NCBI GenBank assembly: GCA_046331705.1
Contig: JAXLQJ010000041.1
Span: 1-64,000, forward strand
Origin: a bacterium
GTDB taxonomy: Bacteria; JADJOY01
Direction: 5' to 3'
DNA length: 64,000 bases
Part shown: positions 9,032-18,635 of the stretch, piece by piece
Position numbering within the stretch: the first letter of the stretch is position 1
How the letters are laid out: each line of letters starts with the position of its first letter
Position numbers and translations under genes: made by a program
The notes under the pieces: model-generated
Told to the model about the DNA's origin: nothing
The model's database searches: none
What the model saw: only the letters and a program-made list of their open reading frames with translations

Positions 9032-10722
9032 GATCCCGCTCCGGCGGGTCCCGACCGCTCGCCGAGCGCCGCGGTGAGCGCCTCCGGGGTGAGCGTCTCG
9101 AGCCCGAGCATCTGCCCGAGGCGCCACGCCGCGGGCGTGCGCAACCTGGCCTCGGCGAGCACGCGCTCGTTCCGGAACAGCTCGCGCACTCCACCGTCGA
9201 AGACCAGCTTGCCGCCAGCCATCACCACGGCGCGCTCGCAATGACTCGCCACGACCTCCATGGCGTGCGTGATCACCAGCACGGTGTGACCGCGACGATG
9301 AAGATCCGCCAGCAACGCCAGCATCCGCTCGCGATCGTTGTAATCGAGGCCGGTGGTGGGCTCGTCGAGAACCAGCACCTCGGGCTCGGTGGCGAGGACG
9401 CTGGCGACCGCGAGGCGCTGGCGCTGGCCCTTGGTCAGCACGAACGGATCGCGATCGCGCGCGTCGGCGAGACCGACCACCTGAAGCGCCGCGACGATGC
9501 GGGCCTCGAGATCGGCTTCGGGCACGCCGAAGTTCCGTGGGCCGAACGCCATCTCCTCCCACACCGTCGCGGAGAAGATCTGGTGATCGGGATCCTGGAA
9601 CACGTAGCCGATCCGCCGCGCCAACGCGGCCGTGCCTTGCTTGCGCGTGTCCTCGCCAGCGATCCGGATGGCGCCACTCGACGGCCGGAGCAAGCCGTTC
9701 AGATGCTTGGCGAGCGTGGTCTTTCCCGAGCCGTTCGCCCCCAGGAGCGCCACGAACTCGCCGGGACGAACGGCGAAGCTCACGTCGTCCACCGCCGGGC
9801 GATCGCGCAGCGGGTAGCGGTGCACCAGCCGATCGACCTCGATGAGCGGCTCGCCGCCGCGCGGCGCGGGACGGGCATCTGGGGCGCCCGGGGCGGCGCG
9901 CGCGGTGCGGCTCGCCAGCTCGCGGCGTAGCGCGTCCTCGTGCGGGACCTCGGCGAGCCCCAGCCGCGACGCGATCCGCGCCGCCACGGGGGGCTCGACA
10001 CCGGCGTCGGCCAGCCCGGCGACGTCGAGGAGAACGCGGCGCGGCGGGCCGTCCTTCGCCACCGCGCCGGCGTCGAGGTGCAGCACGCGATCGAGATCGA
10101 GGATCTCCTCGGTCTCGTGCTCGATCACCGCCACCGCGAGGCCGTCGCGCGCGAGCTCCCGCAAGATCGCATGGACCTCCGCCTTGCCCACGGGATCGAG
10201 ATCGGTCGTCGGCTCGTCGAGCAGGATCACGCTCGGCCGCATCGCCAGCACCGACGCGATCGCCAGCCGCTGCTTCTCGCCTCCCGACAGGGTGGCCGGC
10301 TCGCGCTTCTCGAAGCCCGCGAGCCCCACGCGTCCCAGGCAATGGCTCACCCGGCGCGCGATCTCGTCACGCGGCACACCCAGGCTCTCGGCGCCGAACG
10401 CCACCTCGAGGCGGGCGTTGGTGCTGAAGAGCTGCGCGTCGAAGTCCTGAAAGACCATGCCGGCATGACGCGCGGCGCGCGCCACTCCGACCGCCGCCGG
10501 CGCCTCGCCGCCGAGCCGGACCTCGCCGCGGAGATGGCCTGGAAAGAAGGCGGGGACGAGGCCGTTGGCGCAACGCAGGAGTGTCGTCTTGCCGGCACCG
10601 GAGGCACCGACGATCGCGAGGCTCTCGCCCGCGCCGAGCCCCAGCTCGACGCCGCTCAGGGCGTCGTGCTCGGCGCCGCGATAGCCGAAAGCGAGCGCGC
10701 GAATCTCGAGAACGGCGCTCAT
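9028..10722 (-). CDS. ECF transporter fused double ATPase (A-A')
   Basis: Two ABC domains: GASGAGKT/LSGGEKQR/LLDEPT and GANGSGKT/LTKGQRQR/VLDEPT. Confidence 0.95.
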   Translation of the reverse strand: MSAVLEIRALAFGYRGAEHDALSGVELGLGAGESLAIVGASGAGKTTLLRCANGLVPAFFPGHLRGEVRLGGEAPAAVGVARAARHAGMVFQDFDAQLFSTNARLEVAFGAESLGVPRDEIARRVSHCLGRVGLAGFEKREPATLSGGEKQRLAIASVLAMRPSVILLDEPTTDLDPVGKAEVHAILRELARDGLAVAVIEHETEEILDLDRVLHLDAGAVAKDGPPRRVLLDVAGLADAGVEPPVAARIASRLGLAEVPHEDALRRELASRTARAAPGAPDARPAPRGGEPLIEVDRLVHRYPLRDRPAVDDVSFAVRPGEFVALLGANGSGKTTLAKHLNGLLRPSSGAIRIAGEDTRKQGTAALARRIGYVFQDPDHQIFSATVWEEMAFGPRNFGVPEADLEARIVAALQVVGLADARDRDPFVLTKGQRQRLAVASVLATEPEVLVLDEPTTGLDYNDRERMLALLADLHRRGHTVLVITHAMEVVASHCERAVVMAGGKLVFDGGVRELFRNERVLAEARLRTPAAWRLGQMLGLETLTPEALTAALGERSGPAGAGS

Positions 10723-10773
10723 CGCCCTGACGCCAGCCGCTTCGGGAATCGACTCACGGTCGCAGCGGGACGC

Positions 10774-11577
10774 TCAGAGGAGTGCCGTGCCGGCGAACAC
10801 CAGCACCGCGGGAACGGCCGCCACCCAGCGCGGATCCAGCCCCGCGGCGGCGGATCCCGTGAAGAAGTAGAGCAGCAAGAGCCCACCGAGCGCGGCGGCG
10901 GGGGTCAGAAAGAGACCCACGAGCCGTAGCGAGCCGCTCGCCGCCGCCGAGTCGTCCGCGAGGATCTGATCCGCGGTCAATCCCCACGCCCGGACCCGCG
11001 GCGCCACCGCGCGCATGACGAACGGCGAAACCACCAAGCTCCACGACACGTTGTTGAAGAAGATGATCGGCGCCACGACGCGCACCGGGAACGCCTGGAA
11101 GAGCAGCCCGCCCCACCCGATCACCAGCGCGCACGCGGCACTCGCCACCACGATCGTGAACGCGTATTGACCGAGCTGGAGCCACACCGGCGAGCTCGCT
11201 GCAGTCGATCCGCCGCCCACCAGGAAGGGCGGCGCGGGCGTACCGTCGAGCGCTCGCCACATCCGATACGGGATCCATCCCAGCAGGAAGTTCCCGAGGA
11301 AGCCGAAGATCGTCACCGGCCCGAGCGTGCCGAAGAAGTCGCCGATGAGGTTGCCGAAGGCGATGCCCCAGGCGGCCGCCGGCCCGAACAGAAACGACGC
11401 GATCGGCGGGATCGCGTTCGCCGGGCGCAGCTCGGTCACGCCGGGGATGAGTGGGATCGGCTTGAACGGGATGAGGATCGCCGCGTACACGGCTGCGCAG
11501 ATCGCGACCAGCACGATCATGCGGGTGTTGCTCCACATGCGGATCAGATCACGCACCGCCAGCCCTCGCGACACCAT
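10774..11577 (-). CDS. ECF S component, QueT-family-like
   Basis: MIVLVAICAAVYAAILIPFK..PGVTELRPAN..LFGPAAAWGIAFGNLIGDFFG; multi-TM; first gene of the ECF operon; start 11577 or 11538. Confidence 0.82.
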   Translation of the reverse strand: MVSRGLAVRDLIRMWSNTRMIVLVAICAAVYAAILIPFKPIPLIPGVTELRPANAIPPIASFLFGPAAAWGIAFGNLIGDFFGTLGPVTIFGFLGNFLLGWIPYRMWRALDGTPAPPFLVGGGSTAASSPVWLQLGQYAFTIVVASAACALVIGWGGLLFQAFPVRVVAPIIFFNNVSWSLVVSPFVMRAVAPRVRAWGLTADQILADDSAAASGSLRLVGLFLTPAAALGGLLLLYFFTGSAAAGLDPRWVAAVPAVLVFAGTALL

Positions 11578-11710
11578 CGAGCGCCCCTCGCCACGGATCA
11601 CACGCCGTGTGTGCCGGCGCGAGGGGGCGCCGAGTATAGCCCGCGTCCCGGCACCGTCCACGGGCGTTCCGGCCCGGCGCCGCCCAACCCAGGGCTCGCC
11701 CGAAAACACG

Positions 11711-11738
11711 ATCGCCCGAGGCAAACGCCTCGGGCGAT
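11711..11738 (-). terminator. Terminator-like hairpin after pilin 1
   Basis: atcgcccgaggc-aaac-gcctcgggcgat, perfect 12-bp stem followed by cgtgtttt on the minus strand. Confidence 0.7.
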
Positions 11739-11763
11739 TCGCGACTCCGCTCGGCGAGCGGAA

Positions 11764-12249
<486 letters not shown>

Positions 12250-12286
12250 CCTACCTCCCGGTTGCACTTCACCGGCGACAAGGCAA

Positions 12287-12302
12287 AGCAACTTCCAAGC
12301 CA
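12287..12302 (-). promoter_or_regulatory. Sigma54 -24/-12 promoter of pilin 1
   Basis: TGGCTTGGAAGTTGCT on the minus strand (GG-N10-GC), 38 bp upstream of the ATG. Confidence 0.72.
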
Positions 12303-12642
12303 CACCCTGAAATGTCAGCAGACACTCGGAGAATTGCGAAACCACGAATGATTCTCGGCGAGGCGGGCCGCGAGACGACGACAATCGCCTCCGCTTCGCC
12401 GCTCCGACAACGACTCTGGTCACCGGGCGCCGACGCAAAACGTCACTCACTTCCGCCGCCGCACCTGCCCTCCACAGGAGCCGATTCGATGTCGCTGCGT
12501 CATTCTTTCGGCGCCTACGCGTCAACTCCTCGTTCGCGACGGATCGCTGGCCGCAGAACCGCGCACGTGAGGCTTGCACGATTGCTCGTGATTTCAGGGG
12601 GATGCCGGTGCCACTCGCGACGGCCATGGTCGCGGTGCTGCA

Positions 12643-12658
12643 TGGCACACGTCCTGCT
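12643..12658 (+). promoter_or_regulatory. Sigma54 -24/-12 promoter, divergent from pilin 1
   Basis: TGGCACACGTCCTGCT, near-consensus TGGCAC-N5-TTGCT. Confidence 0.68.
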
Positions 12659-12668
12659 CTAGCGAGTT

Positions 12669-12824
12669 CGTGGCAACGTCACCGCCACGGGAACGACACG
12701 GCCGAGCGCGACAGACGAGCCAACCGACTTCGCCCCCCCCGGGGGCTTTCTCGGTCCCAATGGTGGGATCGGGAGGGCCCCCGAACCTATTGGAGCGCGG
12801 ACCGCCGCTCGGCGGCGGGTTCCC
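12669..12824 (+). ncRNA. Candidate structured small RNA of unknown family
   Basis: Begins at the expected +1 of the sigma54 promoter; nested rod-like pairing with a 19-bp apical stem whose 4 G-U pairs work only on the + strand. Confidence 0.5.
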
Positions 12825-12881
12825 TGCTTCGCGCGCGATTCCTGCGGCGCGTGCCGCGCGCGGTTACAATCGCCGCTCGCC

Positions 12882-13184
12882 ATGAGCCCGACACCGCGAA
12901 CACCCTCGTCGCCGGGCTCACCAGCAGCCGACTACAAGCTCACACTCTACGGGTCCTGCCCGGGCTGTGGTCAGTTCTCCGGGAAGATCGAGTGGCTGGC
13001 CAACGGCTTCCGGGCGCTGCGCGAGCGCCATCAGCGCGAGAGCCCGAACGGCTACTGCACCGGCTGCCGGCGCGACTTCCCGCTCACGTGGGCCCAGGTG
13101 CGACTGCGCGGTCGCATGATCCGCGAGGGTGAGGTACAGCGGATCCTCGTGAGCGACGGCGAAGACCCCGCCTCGGGCACGTGA
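12882..13184 (+). CDS. Small putative zinc-ribbon protein
   Basis: CPGC...CTGC pairs; coding-like codons; TACAAT -10 element at 12865-12870. Confidence 0.68.
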   Translation: MSPTPRTPSSPGSPAADYKLTLYGSCPGCGQFSGKIEWLANGFRALRERHQRESPNGYCTGCRRDFPLTWAQVRLRGRMIREGEVQRILVSDGEDPASGT

Positions 13185-13218
13185 TCCGCGACTGGCGCCG
13201 TGCGCCCTCGACCCGCGA

Positions 13219-15135
13219 TCAGGGCCGCCACAAGATCGGGCAGACCCCCGGGCCAGGCCACGTGCGCTCGCCCAGCTCCGCGACGCTTGGCACGTCCGAG
13301 ACGCGCGGACACTCGGCCACGGCAGCGTCGTAGGTGGCGAGCAGCACTCGGGCCGGGACCGAGTCGCTCCAGCGCGTGCCGGGTGACCCGAGGTTGGCAA
13401 CGTCCGAGCGCGAGCCCGCCCCGGGCGACCACCACCCCCGCGAGACGAATCGCTCGCCCTCCGGCACGTACACCTCGACGGGCGCCGCGGCGTGCACCCG
13501 CGCCACCACGCCGTCCTCCGCGCGGCAGAGCTCGAGCGCCGCGCGCGCGGTTCGATAGACATCGCACGCGCCCTCGGGATCCCGGTCCGCGCGATCGGCC
13601 CAGACACGCGTGATCGCCAACGGGCGCTTTCGCAGCGGCTGGATTCGCGTCTGATACGTCTCGGGCTCGAGCGTCACGATCACGTCGCCCGGCGCAGCCC
13701 AATCGAGCAGCCCGGGAAACCTGAGCCAACGATCCGCGGGCGGCGTGACCGCCTGCACCGGCACGACGTCGACGCCGAGCCAATAGTGAAACCAGCGTGG
13801 CGCGACGTGGTGGAAGTAGTAGTACTCGTCGCCCTCGGTGAACCGATAGTGCTGTGGGTGCACGGCGTACTTGTCGCCCACCACCAGCAACCGTCCCGGC
13901 GGCGCGAGCAAGGCGCCGGCACGCTCCGCGACGCGCGCGGCGAAAGCGTCGTGATAGATGGGATCGCGAAACGCGTCGATCTCCGTGGCGACCCCCGGGA
14001 TCAGCGGCGCGCCCACCGCCACCCACAATCCCACGCCGAAGGCCGCCACGCCCCGCGGCCTCCAGCCTCCGGCGAGCGGCCGCGGCGTGAGCGCGCGCTC
14101 GAGGCGCGTGAGCGCCCGCACCGCGAGCAGCACCGCGCTCGGCAGCGCGGGCAAGAGATAGCGCGACTCGCGGCGGCTGATCACCAGCGAGAAGAGCGCG
14201 AGGTTCGCCACCAGCCACAGCGCGTGCAAGCGGTCCTCGGCGCGACCGCGCAGCACGGCGAGGAAGGTCCCGACCAGCATCGACGAGGCGAGCGGCCAGC
14301 GGAACGCGACCACGATCGCGTCGAGGTACTCGAGCCGAGACTCGGCCACGCGGCTGGTGATTCCGCTCTTGTCGGCCTGCGACGTGACGATCTCCGCCAG
14401 CGCCGCGAGCCCGTGGCCGACGTCCCAGCCGAGCCGCCAGCGGAAGAGCGCCACCATTCCCGCGACGAAGAGCGGGATCGGCAGCACCGTCGCGAGCCAG
14501 AATCCCGGCCGCCGGAGCGGTACCGTCGCCGTTCCACCGCGCAGCGACTCGAACACCTCGAACCCCAGCACGAACGGGCCGAGGATCGCGAGGGGATGGC
14601 GGGACGCCAGCGCCAGCAGCGCGCACGCCGCGAACGCCACGTTGGTCCAGGCCGAGCCGCGCTCGCGCCCACGCGAATGGAGGGCGAGCGCGGCCGCCAC
14701 GCATCCGGTCCCCGCCAGATCGGCCATCACGAAGGGTGCGTAGTGGACGAAGAGCCGCGAGCCCGCGAAGAGCAGCGTCGCGGCGAGGGCGCGCAGCGGC
14801 GTGAGCGATCGGACGAAGAGCGCGAAGCACGCGGCGAGCGCCGCATACGACACCAGCGTCGCGAGCACGTGCGGACCGCGCCACGCCCGCGGCGCGCCGT
14901 CGAGGAAGAACACCGCGTCGAGAAGCGAGACCAGCGGCGGGCGCACGCCCTCCAGCCACGAGCCGTGACCGGCGAGGAAGCGCGCGTTGATCAGGTAGTC
15001 CGTGGCGTCGTAGTAGTCGGCGCCCAGATTCCAGGCGAGCGCGAGGTGCGCCGCGAGCCCCAGCAGCAACGGCGCCGTGAGCGCTAGCGCGAGCCCGATC
15101 CGGATGCCGCGCGAGACCGACCTCGCCGGCCTCAT
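13219..15135 (-). CDS. GT-C-fold (ArnT/PMT, GT39/83-like) membrane glycosyltransferase
   Basis: YYDATDY loop after TM1, RPPLVS, RESRYLLP; many TM segments plus a C-terminal soluble domain; start overlaps the GT2 stop. Confidence 0.72.
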   Translation of the reverse strand: MRPARSVSRGIRIGLALALTAPLLLGLAAHLALAWNLGADYYDATDYLINARFLAGHGSWLEGVRPPLVSLLDAVFFLDGAPRAWRGPHVLATLVSYAALAACFALFVRSLTPLRALAATLLFAGSRLFVHYAPFVMADLAGTGCVAAALALHSRGRERGSAWTNVAFAACALLALASRHPLAILGPFVLGFEVFESLRGGTATVPLRRPGFWLATVLPIPLFVAGMVALFRWRLGWDVGHGLAALAEIVTSQADKSGITSRVAESRLEYLDAIVVAFRWPLASSMLVGTFLAVLRGRAEDRLHALWLVANLALFSLVISRRESRYLLPALPSAVLLAVRALTRLERALTPRPLAGGWRPRGVAAFGVGLWVAVGAPLIPGVATEIDAFRDPIYHDAFAARVAERAGALLAPPGRLLVVGDKYAVHPQHYRFTEGDEYYYFHHVAPRWFHYWLGVDVVPVQAVTPPADRWLRFPGLLDWAAPGDVIVTLEPETYQTRIQPLRKRPLAITRVWADRADRDPEGACDVYRTARAALELCRAEDGVVARVHAAAPVEVYVPEGERFVSRGWWSPGAGSRSDVANLGSPGTRWSDSVPARVLLATYDAAVAECPRVSDVPSVAELGERTWPGPGVCPILWRP

Positions 15136-15878
15136 GCCCCGCGTCCCGGGCACCCCTCGAGCGCGAGCCGCGCCCGGATGCGCACGACGTCGAGCACCAT
15201 GCGGGTCCCGTCGATGGCCGGTCGGACCTTGGTGCGCGGATCGTTGCGCCACACCACCGGGATCTCGTCGATGCGCATGCCCAGCCGGTGCGCGCGCATC
15301 AGCACCTCGACGTCGAAGGCGAAGCCGGGGGTCACGAGCGGCTCGAAGAGCGCGGGCACCGAGCGATCGGCGAAGAGCTTGAACCCGCACTGGGTGTCGC
15401 GAATCGGGAGTCCGGTCACCGCGCGCACGAAGTGGTTGAACAGCTTGCCGAGGTGCTCGCGCAGCCACGGCTGGTGCACCTCGACGCGACAGTCCGCGAG
15501 CCCGCGCGAACCGATCGCGATCTCCGCGCCGTTGTCGAGACGCCGCTCCAGCGCCTCGACCTCCTCGATCGGCGTCGACAGGTCGGCGTCGCACATGACG
15601 CGCCGGCGACCCCGCGCCGCGAGCATCCCGTCGCGAACGGCGGCGCCCTTGCCGCGATTGTGCTCCGCGCGGACCAGCACCACGGCGGTGCCCTCCGCTC
15701 GCTGAAACGAGCGTACGACCTCGCTCGAGCGATCGCTGCTACCGTCGTCGACCACCACCAGCTCGTGCGGGCCGTCGCCGCGCGCGTCGAGGTAGCGGAG
15801 GATCCGCTCCATCGTCGGCGGGAGGCGCTGCTCCTCGTTGAGCACCGGGATCACGACCGAGAGAACCGGGCCGCTCAT
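15132..15878 (-). CDS. GT2 polyprenol/dolichyl-phosphate glycosyltransferase (ALG5/DPM-like)
   Basis: SVVIPVLNEE, VVDDGSSD, NRGKGAAVRDG, CDADLSTP, DTQCGFKLF, FAFDVE. Confidence 0.93.
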   Translation of the reverse strand: MSGPVLSVVIPVLNEEQRLPPTMERILRYLDARGDGPHELVVVDDGSSDRSSEVVRSFQRAEGTAVVLVRAEHNRGKGAAVRDGMLAARGRRRVMCDADLSTPIEEVEALERRLDNGAEIAIGSRGLADCRVEVHQPWLREHLGKLFNHFVRAVTGLPIRDTQCGFKLFADRSVPALFEPLVTPGFAFDVEVLMRAHRLGMRIDEIPVVWRNDPRTKVRPAIDGTRMVLDVVRIRARLALEGCPGRGA

Positions 15879-15989
15879 CGCGACCCTCGCGCGCACCAGC
15901 GATGGCCGCGAGCCGCGCACCCCGCCACCGCTCGCGCGGGCGCCGGTCCACCACGCCGTCGCCGCTCGCCGCGGCGCGCGAGCCGCGCG

Positions 15990-16958
15990 TCAGCCGGTCG
16001 GTCGAGGGTCATCGCGCCGTGCTGCGTCGCCGGTCTTCGGGCCGATCCACTCGCCGTACACGCTGCCCCAGAACACCTCGCTCTCGATCTTCACGATCCG
16101 CCGCGGCGCTTCCGTCGAGATCCAGATCGTCACCCGGCGCAGCTTCCGCTTCTCCGGTGGCGGCGGTGGGACGTTCACGTTCTGGATCTCCGGCTCGAGG
16201 CGGAAGGTGTCGAACGTGCCCGCCGGCACCGTGACGGTCTCGCGTCCGGCGACGTGCATGGTGATGAGGTAACGACTCTTGCCGTTGAGCACCTCGACCA
16301 GCTTCGAATCCCCCGGCTCGAGCTCGACGCCGCGCAGCAGGAACGCGGCCGTGACGGGATCGTACGAACGCGTGATCGGGAACAACCATTCCTTCGGGTT
16401 GCCGTTCTTGATGCGACGGCTGGTCGCCACCCCGTCCTTCCAGGAGATCTCGAGATGGGTGTCGATCTTGTCGCCGCGCTCGCGCTGACGGAAGTCGAAG
16501 GTCTCGGGCGTGAGGGTCTCAGCGCCGAACACGGCCTCGACGCGGTCGTTCATCTTCCAGATCCAATCGAGCCACGACAGCGTGCGCGCCGTCCCCACCA
16601 CCTTGACGCGCTTCGGCCCGTCGCCCGGCACGGTCTCCACGCTGAGCGTCGCGTTCGCCGCGGCGATCCCCTTCCAGCCGAACTCGTATTGAAGGACTTC
16701 GCCCACCTCGAACGCGGGGTGCACCACCGCATGGGCGGGCAGGACCACGTCCGCGGGCGGCCCTGGGACCCGGATGGCGGTGGGATTGCTGCCCTCGCCT
16801 CGTCCAGGCGAGACGAGGATGGCAACGGCAGCGAGGGCCGCCGCCGCGCGACCCGCGGCTCGCGAGCGCCGGGCGCCGCGAGCGGCCGCTCCGGCAGTGA
16901 TCGAGCGCGCGCGGGTCCGCGCACCCCACCCTTCGCTCGATGCGCGCGTCGCGTTCAT
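15990..16958 (-). CDS. DUF3108-family exported protein
   Basis: GEVLQYEFGWKGI, ETVTVPAGTFDT, TIWIS...IVKIES...GSV; signal-like N terminus. Confidence 0.82.
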   Translation of the reverse strand: MNATRASSEGWGARTRARSITAGAAARGARRSRAAGRAAAALAAVAILVSPGRGEGSNPTAIRVPGPPADVVLPAHAVVHPAFEVGEVLQYEFGWKGIAAANATLSVETVPGDGPKRVKVVGTARTLSWLDWIWKMNDRVEAVFGAETLTPETFDFRQRERGDKIDTHLEISWKDGVATSRRIKNGNPKEWLFPITRSYDPVTAAFLLRGVELEPGDSKLVEVLNGKSRYLITMHVAGRETVTVPAGTFDTFRLEPEIQNVNVPPPPPEKRKLRRVTIWISTEAPRRIVKIESEVFWGSVYGEWIGPKTGDAARRDDPRPTG

Positions 16959-17033
16959 CTCGCTCCCATCCGCTTCCTGCACCGTTCGAGTCCGCCTCGA
17001 TCGCTAGGCTAATGCATCGGCGAAACGTCGTGA

Positions 17034-18635
17034 TCATCGCACGCCGCGAGGCCGGCGCGCGCATACGGATCGCCCGGCGCCACGCTCGCGGCGTGCGTAG
17101 AGGGAGCGCGCCGCGGCGCAGTCGCCGCGGGCGCGCGCGACGTCTCCGAGGCCCGCGAGCGCGACGGCGTCGTCGGGATCGAGGCTCCGCGCCGCCTCGA
17201 AGTCCGCCGTGGCGGCATCCCGCTCGCCGGCCTCGAAGCGCACCCGACCGCGAGCCGCGAGCGCCAACGGCCAATCCGGCTTGACCGCGAGCGCCGCGTC
17301 GAGCTCGCGACGGGCGCCCGCGAGGTCGCCGCGCTGCGCACGCAGCGCCGCCAAGTTGAAGCGCGCCTTGACGCTCGCCGGGCAGACCCGCACCGCCGCC
17401 GCGAACAGGCGCTCGTCGCTCGCGTAGTCGAGATTGCGGTCCGCAGCACGCAGCGCCAACAGCCCGACCACCGCCAGCGCCAGCGCGCCGACGCCTCCCG
17501 GGTGGGCACGCCGCACGCGCTCGTATCCGGCGCCCGCCGCGAGACACGGCGCCACCGACGCGAGATACGCGAGGCGCTCGCCGAAGATCGTGCCGATCGG
17601 AAACGCGACGTTGGAGACCACCGCCAGCCCCAGGACGAACCATCCCGCGAGCAAGGCGAAGAGCGCGCGCGGCCGCGCGAGCGCGCCGACCGCCAGCGCG
17701 CACCAGCCGGCGAGCGGCAGCCAGCTCAGCGGGGAAGCGAGCGAGGTCGGCGGAGTCAGGCAGGCGAAGCCGTAGTCGGCCGAGAGCCGCACCGGGAAGA
17801 CGTGCAGCCAGGCATAACGAGCGAGCAGCCACGCACCGGCGACGAGCCGCCCCGGACCGCCGATGGCGACCAGCGGATTCTCGATCACGCCCACCGCGCG
17901 GGTCCCGCCGAGCTCGCCCAGGACCCGCATTCGCAGCGCGAAGTAGCCGAGGAGGATCGGCACCATCGCGAGCGCCGCCCACGGCGAGCGCACGCGCTCG
18001 CGACGCCCGAGCCGCAGCCAACACGCCACCAGCGCCGCCAGCGCCGGCGCCACGATCGCCGCCTCCTTCGCCAGCAACGCGGCGAGCGCGAGCAGCGGCC
18101 AAGCGCATGCGGCCACGGCGCCCTCCGCCAGGAACACCAGCACCGTGGCCAGCGACAGCAACGTCTGCAGCAGCTCGCCCTGCCCCACGATGCTGGTCAC
18201 CGCTTCGACGTGAATCGGATGGAGCGCGAACACGGCCTGCGCGCCGAGCGCCGCGTGCGCGGACAAGCCGAGCCGTCGCGCCAGCCCGCCGACAGCCACC
18301 ACGCACCCGAGGTGGAGCAGCCAGCTCACCCATCGATAGCCCGCCGGCTCGTCACCGAAGACGCGATGCTCGAGCGCCAGCGCCAGGATGGTGAGCGGCC
18401 GGTACTCGTTGCCGCGGTCGGGCGCGATCCCTTCCCAGTAGCCGAGGCGGAACGCGGCGCCGAGAGGGTGGCGGCCGATCACCACCGGCGAGCGTTGGAC
18501 CAGAAAGGGATCGTCGTAACTCAGCGGCGCGCGCAACGCCGGCGCGTAGGCGAGCACGGTCAGCAGCGCGATGCCGGCCAGCGCGCCGACGCGCGCGGGG
18601 GTGCGCCGGCGACTCGCGCCGCCGCCAACCGTCAC
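17034..18635 (-). CDS. TMTC-like membrane protein (GT-C/DUF1736-like region plus C-terminal TPRs)
   Basis: YDD loop, YRPLT, FALHPIHVEAV..IVG, LAKE, LSADY, FGERLAY, followed by TPR helices. Confidence 0.85.
   Translation of the reverse strand: MTVGGGASRRRTPARVGALAGIALLTVLAYAPALRAPLSYDDPFLVQRSPVVIGRHPLGAAFRLGYWEGIAPDRGNEYRPLTILALALEHRVFGDEPAGYRWVSWLLHLGCVVAVGGLARRLGLSAHAALGAQAVFALHPIHVEAVTSIVGQGELLQTLLSLATVLVFLAEGAVAACAWPLLALAALLAKEAAIVAPALAALVACWLRLGRRERVRSPWAALAMVPILLGYFALRMRVLGELGGTRAVGVIENPLVAIGGPGRLVAGAWLLARYAWLHVFPVRLSADYGFACLTPPTSLASPLSWLPLAGWCALAVGALARPRALFALLAGWFVLGLAVVSNVAFPIGTIFGERLAYLASVAPCLAAGAGYERVRRAHPGGVGALALAVVGLLALRAADRNLDYASDERLFAAAVRVCPASVKARFNLAALRAQRGDLAGARRELDAALAVKPDWPLALAARGRVRFEAGERDAATADFEAARSLDPDDAVALAGLGDVARARGDCAAARSLYARRERGAGRSVCARRPRGVR

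Noticed and set aside
11580-11710. preQ1 riboswitch upstream of the QueT-like gene
   Set aside because: No preQ1-I stem with A-rich tail or other recognisable consensus
12669-12824. Naming the structured RNA as SRP RNA, 6S RNA or a c-di-GMP riboswitch
   Set aside because: No SRP domain IV GGAA-loop motif and no GEMM core. 6S cannot be excluded, but the element is short and follows a sigma54-type promoter, so it is left unnamed.
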